Shown: one piece after another, positions 1 to 12,660 of the stretch | Layout: every line of letters begins with the position of its first letter | Position numbering within the stretch: the first letter of the stretch is position 1 | Origin: Octopus vulgaris | Taxonomy: Eukaryota | Assembly (NCBI GenBank): GCA_951406725.2 | Contig: OX597827.1 | Span: 75,764,001 to 75,828,000, forward strand | Direction: 5' to 3' | Length of the DNA: 64,000 nt | Translations under genes and position numbers: made by a program | Notes under the pieces: generated by a model | Database searches by the model: none | What the model was told of the DNA's origin: nothing | Seen by the model: the letters and a program-made list of their open reading frames with translations, nothing else

Positions 1-467
1 TAGGAAGAGAGTAAACCTGTGTAATATACTTGTCATTGTAAACATCTGCATTGACTTTCTCTTTACTATCCTTGAGGAGTTTCATTATGTTATAGTGTTT
101 TCCCTTTCCCATGTGCCATATGGCGTCCCATGTGCCATATGGTGTCCCATGCCTCTTGCGAGAACTTTTCAGTCTGTGCCAACATGGAGTACAATATTGT
201 TCAGAATTTCTGAAAGATGCACTTCTAAGCAGTCTTTCTCCTCTTTTTCTTCATCAGCTCCTCTTCTGGAAGACATATTCCTTTTCTACCACTCCCACAA
301 TGTAGGCATTGAATCCCAAGGTAGTCCTTCCCAGGGCCCTCTTATTGGCCTCAAAAAGTCCCTTTTTGAAGGGACATTTGTAACTATTATTACTATTCAT
401 GTTGTTGGTGCTACTAATAGAGATGTTGGTGTTGCTGTTGATGTTTTCATCTGTTGAAGTTACTTAA

Positions 468-686
468 CCCTTTAGTATTTAAACCGGCCATATCTGGCCA
501 AAATAGCTAATCTGTTTTATGTTCAAACTGACCAGATCCAGGCCCTCACACCTACCCTACAATGTTATTCTACATTAAGTAATTACACCATCAAGATCTT
601 GAAGACATGAGATAATGCATGATTAATTCAAATCAATGGGAATCAATAAGCATTATGTTTGATAGAATAATCTGAACACTAAAGGG
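468..686. mobile_element. piggyBac-type MITE
   Basis: TTAA at 464-467 and 687-690 flank terminal inverted repeats CCCTTTAGT...ACTAAAGGG; no coding capacity. Confidence 0.85.
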
Positions 687-1128
687 TTAAATACAGCTAC
701 TAATATTTTTTGCTGTCAGCATTGCCATCACCATTTTCAATATAAGTTGATGAAGGCGTTTCTGGTGAATGTGGTGGCTGTGGAGTTTGTAGTAATAATG
801 TCACTACCACTTTCCATAGTCTGTTGGGATGAAAAGGGGAGAAAAACACTTTTTTCTCTCTGTTGTTTCAGTGAAAGGGAAGTGCAATGCTGGCTTTCTT
901 CCTTCACCCTTCTGTTATTTTTTTGCTTTTGCATAATTCTCTTCATCAGCAAAAACAAACGACACCCTGTTAAAATGAATGTTTTTTTAAATAGTTATTT
1001 TTGAAACTTGAAAAACAGAAATATATTCTTACAAGGAGTTGGCCAAGATTTAGCCAACTAGCATGTCACTCCACAGCCATTTCTATTACAAGACACAACG
1101 CATTTATGCGAAAATACAAGCTTTAAAT

Positions 1129-1414
1129 CAGGGGTTCCCAACTGTGGTCCACAGAAGCATGAGTGAAAAATTGTAATCTGTGGGTCCATATATAAATTTT
1201 GTTCACTAAGAGAGGTGCCTATATTGATTGAAATTTTCAAGATTTGTATTTGGAATTTATGTTATGAAAATAACGAAATTGTTTCGTTGTTAGTTTTTAC
1301 TAACCCACAAACAAATATTTTATTTCAAAAATTTACATGTGCATATATGGGGATCCACAGATGATGAGATAGCTCTTAGGGGGACCACAAGCAAAATAAG
1401 TTAGGGAAACCCTG
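1129..1414. mobile_element. hAT (Charlie-like) MITE
   Basis: Termini CAGGGGTTCCCAA...TAGGGAAACCCTG; perfect 8-bp TSD CTTTAAAT at 1121-1128 and 1415-1422. Confidence 0.9.
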
Positions 1415-1529
1415 CTTTAAATGAACATAGTTGAGAATAAATATATCAAATATATCAAAGTCACTGAGCAAGAAAAATTTGAGACTCCCTCTTCAGAAAA
1501 CGATAATTGCAGTAATAATTATAACTCTT

Positions 1530-1729
1530 TCTATTATAAGCACAAATCCTGAAATTGGGGCGGGGGGGGGGGGCTAGTCAATTTCATTGACTCCAGTAGC
1601 TGACTTTTACTTATTCTACTGACCTCAAAGGATGAAAAGCTAAGCCAGGCTCAATGGCTTTTGAACTCAGAACATAAAGCTAGAAGTATTTTTTTTTGTC
1701 TGATGTGCTTAACAACTCTGCCAGCTCAC

Positions 1730-1769
<40 letters not shown>

Positions 1770-1977
1770 TATGATCATGATTTCAAATTTTGGCACAAGG
1801 CCAGCAGTTTTTTGTGGGATGGGTTAAGTTGCTCAAGTGGTACTTATGGTGTTGACCCTGAAAGGATGAAAGACAAAGTCGACCTTTGCAGGATTTGAAT
1901 TCAGAACGTAAAGACAGACGAAACGCCGCTAAGCATTTTGCTCGGTGTCTCAACGATTCTGTCAGCTCGCCGCTTTA
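1530..1977 (-). mobile_element. two tandem family-A SINE copies with (TAA)n between
   Basis: Reverse-complement matches to the family-A head (GGCGAGCTGGCAGAA, GAGTTCAAAT) and core (GTCGACTTTGCCTTTCATCCTTTC) seen many times in the window. Confidence 0.8.
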
Positions 1978-3034
1978 ATAATAATACTTTACATATAATA
2001 ATGAGCTTAGTGTTTACGCTCTTTCTCGTACTAAGGAGATGGTGTGGCCATACTTAAGCTGTGAAATGACAAATAGAAAATGAGTGACTGATGTGTAAAA
2101 TGAAAGTATTGCCCCGAGTGACAGAGAAAGAGTGAATGGTTGTTCAGCTTACAATTTTGCTGTGAATGTTGCAATAAAAGAACTTCTAGAATAACGATGA
2201 CTACTTGTAAATCTTTCCATGCTTTGTAATATTTTTTTCTAAACATAGTATCATCATTTTTAATTAAATTTTTATAATTACCATTAAACCATTTTGCATG
2301 ACTTGCTTTTTAATTTATATCTTGTTTTCAGTGGCCCACAGAGTGGTTGGCTGTACTTAACACAAATCCCATCAATTTACTGTCATTAATCTTAACTATG
2401 GAAGGATATTGAAGACATAATCCCGAATGTAAATAGCTTCATTATTGAATACTTGTGTTCATTAAATACTTTCGTTATTGACGGCCAAGATGAAATTTTG
2501 AAGAATGTATCAATAAGGATAATACAACTGAAAGCCATAAAGTTGGGTACCCCAACTAAAATTATGAGGTAAAACATTAGGTGCTACTTTCGCATGCAGT
2601 TTATCGCAATATCTGTGGTTTACACCAGAAACGATCTCAGCTGGGTTGAGACCACATGCTAAAGTGTAAATGACAGGGAGACTGTATGCTAAAATGGCAC
2701 CCAATACTGCCAAATACATCCTCAAAATTTCAGTCAAAGGATTAATGCCACATGAGCTGAAAGCAAACTTGATTTGGAGAAAATGTCATATGCTACGAAA
2801 GTTATTGGTGTTTCATGTTATTTCAAAGACATCCATCACTGTCTTTATATTTTTATATATACATTTGTATTGAAACCACAAGGTATTCGGTCATGAAAGT
2901 ATTTGAAGAAGTGGAGTATTTGATGATGCTTCTCAATCTTCATTCTCGATTGTCTTTGATATCCTTTCATAGTTAAGATTGATGACTGTAAATCAGTGGG
3001 ACCTCTGTTTGTAAGTATTGCCAACCATTCAAGT

Positions 3035-3484
3035 GGGTGAGCTGGTAGAATCGTAAGCATGCTGGGCGAAATGCTTAGCGGTATTTAGTCTGCCGCTACG
3101 TTCTGAGTTCAAATTCCGCCGCGGTCGACTTTGCCTTTCATTCTTTCGGGGTCAATAAATCAAGTACAAGTAAAACAGAGGTCAATTAAATCGAATGGTC
3201 CCCTCTCCCCAAATTTCAAGCCTTGTGCCTATAACAGAAAGGATTATTATTATTTTCATTAAGGTGGCGAGCTGGCAGAGTCGTTAGCACACTGGACAAA
3301 ATACTTAGCGGTGTTTCACCCGTCACTATTTTCTGAGTTCAAATTCCGCCAAGGTTGATTTTGCTTTTCATCCTTTCAGGGTCGATAAATTTAGTTCTAG
3401 TGAAACACTGGGGTTGATATAATCGACTAACACCCCTCCCCCAAATTTCAGGCCTTGTCCCTATAATAGAAAGGATTATTATTA

Positions 3485-3518
<34 letters not shown>

Positions 3519-4130
3519 GTCAGTGAGCTGGCAGAATCGTTAGCACGCCGGGCGAAATGCTTAGTGACATTTCCTCTGTCTTTTCATTCTGAGTTCAAAT
3601 TCTGCCAAGGCTGACTTTACCTTTCAGCCTTTTCAGATCAATTGTGCCACTCCATCGGTTACGACCACGAGGGTTCCAGTTGATCCGATCAACGGAAGAG
3701 CCTGCTCGTGAAATTAACGCGCAAGTGGCTGAGTACTCCACAGACACGTGTACCCTTAACGTAGTTCTCAGTGAGATTCATCGTGACAGAGAGTGTGACA
3801 AGGCTGGCCCTTTTGAAATAAAGGTACAACAGAAACAGGAAGAGAGATTGAGAGAAAGTTGTGGTGAGAGAGTACAACAGGGTTGCCACCACACCCTGCC
3901 AGAACCTCGAGGAGCTTTAGGTGTTACCATTCAATAAACACTCGCAACGCCCAGTCTGGGAATCGAAACCGCAATCCTACAACCACGAGTCTGCTGCCCT
4001 AACCACTAGGCCATTGCCCTCCACTGAGGTCAATAAAATGAGTACCAATTGAGTACTGCTGCTGACGTAATCGACTTATCCCCTCCCCCAAAATTGCTGG
4101 CCTTGTACCAATATTTGAAGCCATTATTAT
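3035..4130 (+). mobile_element. three tandem family-A SINEs with (ATT)n tails; third interrupted by a family-C SINE
   Basis: Repeated GAGCTGGCAGAATCGTTAGCAC...GAGTTCAAATTCCGCC...CTTTCATCCTTT...GCCTTGTGCCTATAATAGAAAGGATTATT; Pol III A/B-box-like head. Confidence 0.85.
3645..4022 (-). mobile_element. family-C tRNA-derived SINE
   Basis: Reverse complement of the full-length copy at 59988-60365. Confidence 0.85.
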
Positions 4131-4132
4131 TT

Positions 4133-4500
4133 AGGAGAGGCTTGTGGTAAGTAGCTTGCTTCCCAACCACATGGTTCCAAGTTCAGTCCCACTGCATGGC
4201 ACCTTGGGCAAGTGTCTTCTACTATAGCCTTGGGCCAACCAAAGCCTTGTGAGTGGATTTAGTAGACGGAAACTGAAAGAAGCCCATCGTATATATATAT
4301 GTGTGTATGTGTTTGGCCCCCAACATCGCTTAACAACCGATGCTGGTGTGTTTACGTCCCTGTAACTTACCGATTTGGCAAAAGAGACCGATAGAATAAG
4401 TACTAGGCTTACATAGAATATGTCCTGGGGTCGATTTGCTCGACTAAAGGTGGTGCTCCAGCATGGCCACAGTCAAATGACTGAAACAAGTAAAAGAGTA
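4133..4500 (+). mobile_element. family-B tRNA-derived SINE
   Basis: Head TGTGGTAAG...GTTCAGTCCC, CORE-like CCTTGGGCAAG, internal (TA)(TG) microsatellite, tail GACTGAAACAAGTAAAAGAG; many homologous copies in the window. Confidence 0.85.
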
Positions 4501-5082
4501 TTATCATTATTATGTTTTTTTTTTAGAAAAAAACCCTGTTCTTCAGTGTTTAATTGCATAGCATAATGTTTTAATAAGTTTGAAAAAAGTTCATTAGTGT
4601 AGTCCTTCTAATTAGAAGCATTTATTGACATCGCACACGACTTTATTTATTCATTTGGAAAATTCTGACAGATTTTTAATTTTCTTTTAATGTTAAAAAC
4701 CACATCAGTGCTCCATAAATTAGACAAGAATAAAACACTAGTAAACAGATATATACAGTTGGTTTTACACTGCTTGTAATGTGTTTCGGACAAGATGTCA
4801 TTAGATTTACTTAATTAAATAGTTAGATGATTAATCTAATGGTGAAGTCCACTGTAAGCAATTACTATTGCATGAATCAAAGACAGTGAGACATATCTGG
4901 TTATAAACGAGTTTCTTGTTCTTTTAATTAATTGAGATCATTTTTTTCAACAACTGACTTTTACTGTGATTGGAATATGACTAGTTTGTGTTCATTGCCA
5001 TTTAAAGATGATTTGTTTTGTCAGTGGCCATGTTACTGGATAGTTTAGACCATCCAGTATTATAATGTGTTGGCATTCGTTG

Positions 5083-5224
5083 GTGTGTGGTTAATAAATT
5101 CACCTACCACCAGCATGGTTTCAGGTTTGGTCCTACTGCATGGCACTTTGGGCTTGTGTCTTCTTCTATAAACTCACGCTGATTTTGTATACAGAAACTG
5201 GAAAAGGCTCATCATACACACACT

Positions 5225-5255
<31 letters not shown>

Positions 5256-5622
5256 GTATGCTGGAGCACCGCCTTTAGTCGAACAAATCGATCCTAGGAC
5301 TTATTCTTTGTAAGCCTAGTACTTATTCTATCGGCCTCTTTTGCCGAACCGCTAAGCTGTGGGGTCATAAACACACCAGCATAGTTTGTCAAGCGATGGG
5401 GAGGGGACAAACACACACACACACACATACATACATATATATTTATATATATATATCACATTAAAAAGTACCCACTGCACTCTGTAAAGTGGTTGGCATT
5501 AGGAAGGACATCCAGCTTTAGAAACCATATGGAGCTGGTGCAGCTCCTGGCTTTCACAGCTCCTGTCAAATCATCTAACTCATGCCAGGCTGGAAAACTG
5601 ACATTAAATGATGACATAGGTA

Positions 5623-5667
<45 letters not shown>

Positions 5668-6000
5668 ACGCATGCACCTGTGCCTCTTTGTTTTCACATC
5701 GTGTGACAGTTATAAAGAAGCAGTACTGTCTTAGTCAGTATTACTGGATGGTTTAAACTATCCAGTAACACAGTTACTGACAAAGGAAATCATCATTAAA
5801 TGGCAATGAATACAAACTAGTGATATGTGTCATTTGCTTCTTATCTCTTGGTGGAAACATGTTCACTCATGGCTAAGTATTACCTCATTTGGAAACCAAT
5901 TAGGGTTGTAACAGGAAGGGTATCCAGTTGTAAAAAGCATCCTCCTCAACACGTTTCATCTGACCCATACAGGCATGGGAAAGTGGATGTTAAAACAACA
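5083..6000. mobile_element. nested SINE/LINE-tail fragments (old B head, inverted B tail, D tail, RTE-type tail)
   Basis: Piecewise similarity to other copies in the window; boundaries approximate. Confidence 0.6.
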
Positions 6001-6500
6001 ACAGAGGTAGCAGTGAGATTGTCTGTGTCTGCTTTCAACTATATAGACCCCTAAAACAATCAGTATTACATGCTTGCATGTGATGGCTATTATGCCTTGT
6101 GTGTGTGTGTGTGTGTGTGTGTGTTGCTGATGTGTATCAATGAAAGCCTTTAGAATAAAAAATAGTACTTGCTTAGTAATTGTTATGTCCGAGTTGCAAA
6201 AGACAATCCGTTGTCCCTCTTGCCATTGGAAATTCAGTGAATCAGCATGGATCCATGGATTGGATTGCCAGAACTTTCTAACCAAAGCCACTGTTGTTCA
6301 CCAGATGTGATACAGAGAAAAATGAAATAAAATAGAATAAACCCTACAATTGACTGAATTTGGCCAGATGGAATTCCTTATTATGAAACATAAATGAAAA
6401 TACAGGTTTGATTTGGAATTAGAGAATTATCAAATTCTACAAAGTATTTCATTTTTTTAAATATTTCTTTTTTCATTTCACTCAAATAATATATTTATCT

Positions 6501-6522
6501 TTGTTTTTTTTGTTTTTTCCAG
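6501..6522 (+). promoter_or_regulatory. splice acceptor for the zinc-finger coding exon (alternative AG at 6703-6704)
   Basis: Long pyrimidine tract TTGTTTTTTTTGTTTTTTCCAG, 241 nt upstream of the ATG; second tract TTTTTTTTTTCTCTACTTAG ending at 6704. Confidence 0.6.
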
Positions 6523-6763
6523 ATGATTCAACCGATATTCTGTGGCAACCAGTTTAACCTAGATAAGGGCATCACTTCCATTCACAACCATAGTCACTGT
6601 CAGCTGTCTGAAGTTTCACTCATTCTCATCACCCAGAAAAACTAATACTAAAAAAAAAAAATCTCTAAGAATAATTTCAGAAGCTTTTTTTTTTCTCTAC
6701 TTAGATCAATTGATATTTTATATATGTGGCTATAAATTGTAAAAGAAAACATCTTTAGAAAAT

Positions 6764-8827
6764 ATGTATTCCTTTCAACCTGTTTTCCCAATGGGAAACC
6801 AACACAATTTCTATGGACAACCAATGTATCCCAATAATTATTTGAAATGTCCTGAAAAGCCTTTACTATCTAGCGAAAAATCTTATAACACTCTCGATCA
6901 TTGCAGAAATAATGATTCTTCTTTGATGTCACCTCCTCCATCCTTTGATAGAAACGTAAGTGAACCACAGACCCATGATTCGTATGCTCAAAAACACCCA
7001 TTGCAGCCACCAAAAGATTTCCAGTGTAGTTTCTGTAAAAAAGGATTCTCAAATCAGTTTTTTCTAAAGAACCATGAACTCACTCACACAGGACTGAAGC
7101 CTTTTGAGTGCAGTTACTGTGGAAAAGCCTTCACACAGAAAATCAACCTTAAAAATCATCTGCGAACTCACACTGGGGAGAAGCCATTCCAGTGTACAGT
7201 TTGTAATAAATCTTTTAGTCAGCGTGGTAATTTGAAGCTTCACCTTAGAACGCACACTGGGGAGAAACCCTTTGCCTGTGATGTCTGTGGGAAAGCCTTT
7301 TCCCAGAAGATTAATTTAAACGACCATAAACGACTTCACACAGGAGAGCTCTACTATTGTCAGTTCTGCAAGAAACCGTTTTGTAACCAGTTTTTTCTAA
7401 AGATTCACGAACGTATACACACCGGGGAACTGTATAAATGCACATTCTGTACAAAATCTTTCACTTTACAGATAAATTTGAAAAATCACTTAAGAACTCA
7501 CACAGGGGAGAAACCATTCCAATGTAATGTTTGCTCAAAAGCTTTCTCTCAAAGGGGAAATTTAAAACTTCATCTTCGAACTCACACTGGAGAGAAACCA
7601 TTTTCTTGTGAAGTCTGTGGCAAAGCTTTCTCACAGAAAATAAATCTGAATGACCATAAGCGACTCCACACTGGAGACCTGTTTTATTGCCAATATTGTA
7701 AGAAACCATTTTGTAACCAGTTCTTTTTAAAAATTCATGAGCGGATACATACTGGCGAACTATATAAATGTGAAATTTGTAATAAAGAATTTACACAGAA
7801 GATCAATCTGAAAAACCACCACAGAACTCACACAGGAGAAAAACCATTTCAGTGTAACCTATGTGACAAATCTTTTAGCCAAAGAGGAAATTTAAAACTT
7901 CACCTTCGCACTCATGCAGGAGAGAAGCCATACTGTTGTGATGTTTGCCCAAAGGTTTTTTCACAGGCAGGTAACTTAAAAACTCATCTGCGTACCCATA
8001 CAGGTGAGAAGCCCTTTAAATGTGACACTTGTGGAAAGTCTTTCTCTCAGAAAGCCAATCTAAATAACCACAAACGTACACGTACAGGTTGTGAGCTGTT
8101 TACTAAGAACCCACAGAATTACCAGTCCAGAGCGCAGTCTACACCTCTTGCCTCTCCCAATGCTGTTCCCCCTGTAATAAACAGTGAAACACCCACTTCT
8201 AATTCTCGCCTTCCAAACCAGCGCCATGATAAATCATCATCTTTTAACACTTGCACACGAGGCTTAAATCAAAAGTGCTCTTGTCCTAATTGCGAGCTTT
8301 TCCTAAAAAATCCCCCTTTGCCTCAACCACCTCCAGTGATGTTAAGCGGAGGAGGTGAATCAAGTGCAGAGTCCCTTGATCAAAAGGACCACTCTTTATT
8401 CCCATCATATCACAGTGAACTTCACAGAGATAAACAACCTCAGCAAGAATCTTTGCCGTCTTTATCACCGCCTCTTCAAAAGGTTCCCATGAAAGTTAAC
8501 CCGACAAGCTCACCACACCCAACTCCTATGTTTTTCCCACATCATCGAGATTCTCAAATACCTTCTTCTCGCTTACAGACCCCTTCAATCCCAGTCTCTC
8601 ATACATCCACCCCAGCATATTTGCACGAAATGCCACAGAGTTGGGAGAGCAACTATCTGTGGTCTAGAGGGTACCCCATGCCTCCTTTGCTTGGTTCTAG
8701 CTGGCCTAGCGTTCCTTCAGGCTATTCCTGTGGGGTCAAGCAAAGTAAACAGACTCCCTGGAACAATATCCAAGGCATTCATGCACCTTCTAAGAGTAAC
8801 CCTGATATCTACGGCATGGAAAAGTGA
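6764..8827 (+). CDS. C2H2 (Kruppel-type) multi-zinc-finger protein, 687 aa, single coding exon
   Basis: Uninterrupted ORF; 12 canonical CX2CX12HX3H fingers plus a degenerate 13th at 7019-~8092; TGEKP linkers; Pro/Ser-rich C-terminal region; no recognisable effector domain. Confidence 0.95.
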   Translation: MYSFQPVFPMGNQHNFYGQPMYPNNYLKCPEKPLLSSEKSYNTLDHCRNNDSSLMSPPPSFDRNVSEPQTHDSYAQKHPLQPPKDFQCSFCKKGFSNQFFLKNHELTHTGLKPFECSYCGKAFTQKINLKNHLRTHTGEKPFQCTVCNKSFSQRGNLKLHLRTHTGEKPFACDVCGKAFSQKINLNDHKRLHTGELYYCQFCKKPFCNQFFLKIHERIHTGELYKCTFCTKSFTLQINLKNHLRTHTGEKPFQCNVCSKAFSQRGNLKLHLRTHTGEKPFSCEVCGKAFSQKINLNDHKRLHTGDLFYCQYCKKPFCNQFFLKIHERIHTGELYKCEICNKEFTQKINLKNHHRTHTGEKPFQCNLCDKSFSQRGNLKLHLRTHAGEKPYCCDVCPKVFSQAGNLKTHLRTHTGEKPFKCDTCGKSFSQKANLNNHKRTRTGCELFTKNPQNYQSRAQSTPLASPNAVPPVINSETPTSNSRLPNQRHDKSSSFNTCTRGLNQKCSCPNCELFLKNPPLPQPPPVMLSGGGESSAESLDQKDHSLFPSYHSELHRDKQPQQESLPSLSPPLQKVPMKVNPTSSPHPTPMFFPHHRDSQIPSSRLQTPSIPVSHTSTPAYLHEMPQSWESNYLWSRGYPMPPLLGSSWPSVPSGYSCGVKQSKQTPWNNIQGIHAPSKSNPDIYGMEK

Positions 8828-8886
8828 AGACAATTAGTGAATTTAATTTTAATTCCAATTAATACACACAATTTATATAGTGCATT

Positions 8887-8901
8887 CATATATATATATA
8901 C

Positions 8902-8932
<31 letters not shown>

Positions 8933-8957
8933 AATATATATACATATACATATATAT

Positions 8958-9011
<54 letters not shown>

Positions 9012-9122
9012 TGATATACATATGTGTGTTGGACATGTAAAAACATATATATATATGATGTATAAATATATATATATATATATATATAAACACACCCACC
9101 AACATATATCTATATACATATT

Positions 9123-9182
<60 letters not shown>

Positions 9183-9260
9183 CACGTGTGTTTATATAAA
9201 TATATATATATTACAAATGTATGTTTGTGTGTATATATATATATATACATATATATATAA
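8887..9260. repeat. compound (TA)n/(TACA)n microsatellite in the presumed 3' UTR
   Basis: Directly visible just downstream of the stop codon. Confidence 0.95.
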
Positions 9261-11489
9261 ACATGACCTTACAAGCATCACCCTTTTCCATTTCTCATTG
9301 CCTCACAGTATTAGTTTACCAAAAGCCCATATTTCTTCTGTGTTACATGTAAACATGTGAACTGAACTATAGTGTAGACCCTAATATTAACAGTGCAGAC
9401 TGATGTACCTAATCTGTACTCATTTATAAAACACATCCTTTAGAAACTGAAATGACTGTGCTAAGCGGAAGCTTCTCCTTCTTCTTCTTCTTCTTGCTCT
9501 TCTTCTTCTTCTTTTACTTCCTTTCCTTTTTTTTGTTTTTGTTGTATTTTTCACTCTTTTATGTCCATTTGTTCATGCTGGCTTGGGTGGGGCAGGGAGG
9601 TTTTGTGTTTATTTATTTACTTTTCTTTTTCCTGCGGAATCTAGCTGCTAATCTTGTGGAGTTACTAAGTTAGCCATGATCCGAGCCACTGACGGCCGTA
9701 ATGTACCTGACGTTAGCTGGAATTACCTGAGGTTAATTGTTGAATTGTTCGAGCGAGTCTTATTTTCACGGTTCAGTGTCCGTTCTAGTGTTTCATACTG
9801 TTGTGTTTTAGGTAGAGTTATGTGTCTTGCTTAAGGACACATGAGAACGGTTGTGGCAGTGTTCGATCTCACAATGCTTCCGTCAATAATACCAACCTTC
9901 CACACACATACACACAAACATAAACACACGTGCATATATAAAATTTTACAGAGACAATATAATGAATGAGATTGTATGAAATTTCACTTTGCTTACATAA
10001 TTAATGCCCTTCCTCAATGGTATCAATTATATACGCCTAAATTAGTTATACAGGTGAACATAAAAGAAAGGGGACTTTGTTAAGCTAGTTCCCTACAGAG
10101 CTGCTCAAGTTGCTAGACATAGCAGCCAAATTTCCCTCAAATTGCACATTACCTTCTTAAAACATGAGAGACATTGAATAATGTAGTTCATAAAAAGACA
10201 TGATGGTCATGGCTGGAATGCCATTGCTCATAGGTTTCTTGAATTAGAATTATCCTGGGTTTCATAACAACACCCCCTTGTTCTTAAATCCTATGTTGTT
10301 TCTTTTTTTTTTATTTTTTATTTTCAATGGTTTAGAAGAAGGAAGGCAACATCTATGACCCCCTCTCAGGGTCCCCGAAACTGATGGGAAGGATGAAAGT
10401 ATCCTCAAACCATAGAGCTGGCCTGAATGCTTGCAATAAGAATGACTCCACAAAAGATACCCTATAACTAGGTGTGAGATTAAGTTTTTTTTTTTTTTTA
10501 TCTGGAGGAAAGAGCAGTGTCCATGACCCTTTATAGGGCCTATGAGACTGATGAGAGGGAGAAAGAAAGATATCCTTAAACCAGAGAACTGGCCAAAATG
10601 CTTGAGAAATAGATTAGACTCTGCTAAAGGCACCAGAGGGCCAGGATGTGGTGTTGAACTGAGTAAAAGATTAAATCTACCAGTCAAACTTAATCTCTTC
10701 AATGAATTTCCAAAATTTATTTTCATATTCAAATCCATGGTCCCTGTGTAGTGAGTTTGGCCAAGATACTCAAACTTTGTGCTAGATGCTTTCCTGAGAA
10801 GCCAGTTTAACACTTTCCTGGTCTGATGACTCTCTTCAAATTCAGCTAGGAACAAATTTGCTTGCCTTCATTAGTTCAATGTTGATGAAATAGATATCAA
10901 TAACGTATGTGGGTTGACTCGAACTATCTGTATTATTAGACTTCTTTTTAAAATATCGGCCTGTGTGTGGAGTGAAAAGCAATTAACATTTCCTCCTCAA
11001 TCTTTTAGACTGAATTACAGTTCCTGGAAAATATGTGTTGAATTACAGGCTCAAAATATTGGAGCGAGTTGCCAGACATTACTTGGAATCTTGGTACAGT
11101 TTGTTTTTTAATTATGGTTAGAAAATATTGGATTGATCTGCCAGAAATTATTAGGTAATTGGTTGTTTTGCTGCATTAGAATTTATGCATTATGGTCACA
11201 CAATACAGATTGACCAATTAATGACCATCTAGAAGTCTGGATCCATTTCAGACTTTCAATTTGGGTTACAAATTCAATTATTGAACTGACCAATCAATAA
11301 TTATCAGAACATCTCAATATACAATAGCCATTGTTTAATAATCAAAAAAATGATTGTTTTAATCAGTAATTAATCTCTGTCCACTTTGATCTCTTAATTA
11401 ATTCAAAACAGTATTTTCAAAGTTTCAAATGATTTTCGTTTTCTTATACATTGTACAAACGACAACTTCTCTCCTACGACTTGGACAAC

Positions 11490-11860
11490 AGTGTTGTTGT
11501 TGTTGTTGTTCTCTACGCAGGTTTTGTCATCATTGTCATCATCTGCCATGTCATCATTATTATTATTGTCATTTTCATCTTCATTATCATTCTTACTGTC
11601 ATCATTGTTATCACCATTCCTGTCTTCATTGCCACTGTTGTCATCACTACTAACATTGCCCATCATCGTCATTGACATCAACAATGTTATTCTAATCACT
11701 ATATCATCATCATCATCATCACCATCCATCATCATCATCATCATCATTAGTGCTGTCAGCATCATTGTCTTTATTGTTGACATCACCATTATTTCATCAT
11801 TATCACTGGTATTATCATCACCACCACCACTGCTGCTATTGACTTCATTGTTATCATATA
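11490..11860. repeat. degenerate (TCA)n/(TTG)n/(CCA)n trinucleotide repeat
   Basis: Directly visible. Confidence 0.9.
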
Positions 11861-12484
11861 CGCCATCAGCTGCTTCATATGATAAATAAAATACTAAAAT
11901 GTTGGACAGATCCTAAAATTTAGTAAATACCTCAGACTAAAACCATTTTTAGAAATATAAAAAAACAAAACATAGAGAGCCCCTTAAAGAACAAGTGCAA
12001 TAGAAGTGGTTCCCAAATTTTCATTATCTGTGGAATAGTATTATGTTTAATATCCTAAATTCTGGCAATAACAAAAATATTTGTGACCTTTGACCCAGGA
12101 GACAGATTTATGTATCACCTTCTCTTTGACTTACAACCAAATTCCTTTCCAGTTGACCAGTCGTAAGTCGATCTGGTCCTATGTCAGATATATATTTTAC
12201 AACACTATTTCTATTCAAACACAATTGATACTTGAAAGTGACTGAGTGAGAGACAGTGGCAGGCAGCGGATGCCTGGGTCTGAGGGAGGCCTGCATTGCC
12301 AGATGCTGCCATTGTCATTGTATGCACAGCTGCCCAACGTCCAAAAACCAAATTTTTATTTCCTTACTTTTTGTAGCCATAAATGTGGCTGATTGTAAGT
12401 CACCTAGGTTCTAAGTTGAGGAGAAGGTGTATTTATAATCCAAAGTGTAACCATACCTGAACAATACTCTTAAGTTATTTAGAG

Positions 12485-12660
12485 CAGTGCTCCGCAACTG
12501 GTGGGCCGCAGCACACTGGTGTGCCACAAGACAATGCTAGGTGTGCCACAGTGCAATCTGAATATATATTTTTCTCCTGTACTTCTAGTTATATTTTTAG
12601 TTCAGGTGTGCCACAAAATTTTGAAAAGAATATAAGTACCACAAATTAAAAAAGGTTACA
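12485..12660. mobile_element. hAT-type MITE end fragment
   Basis: CAGTGCTCCGCAACT start after TTTAGAG; repeated GGTGTGCCACA subterminal motifs; other end not found. Confidence 0.5.

Noticed and set aside
95-457. 120-aa ORF with a 19-bp tandem duplication
   Set aside because: Non-ATG start, no motif; the duplication at ~108-150 is a trivial local repeat.
2332-2882. Upstream non-coding exon of the ZNF gene
   Set aside because: Plausible acceptor and donor, but too weak to call without transcript data.
10540-10575. CTGATGA...GAAA as a hammerhead
   Set aside because: No stem II or stem III pairing can be formed.
10262-10855. 197-aa minus-strand ORF
   Set aside because: No recognisable motif, non-ATG start, crosses poly-T runs and repeat fragments.
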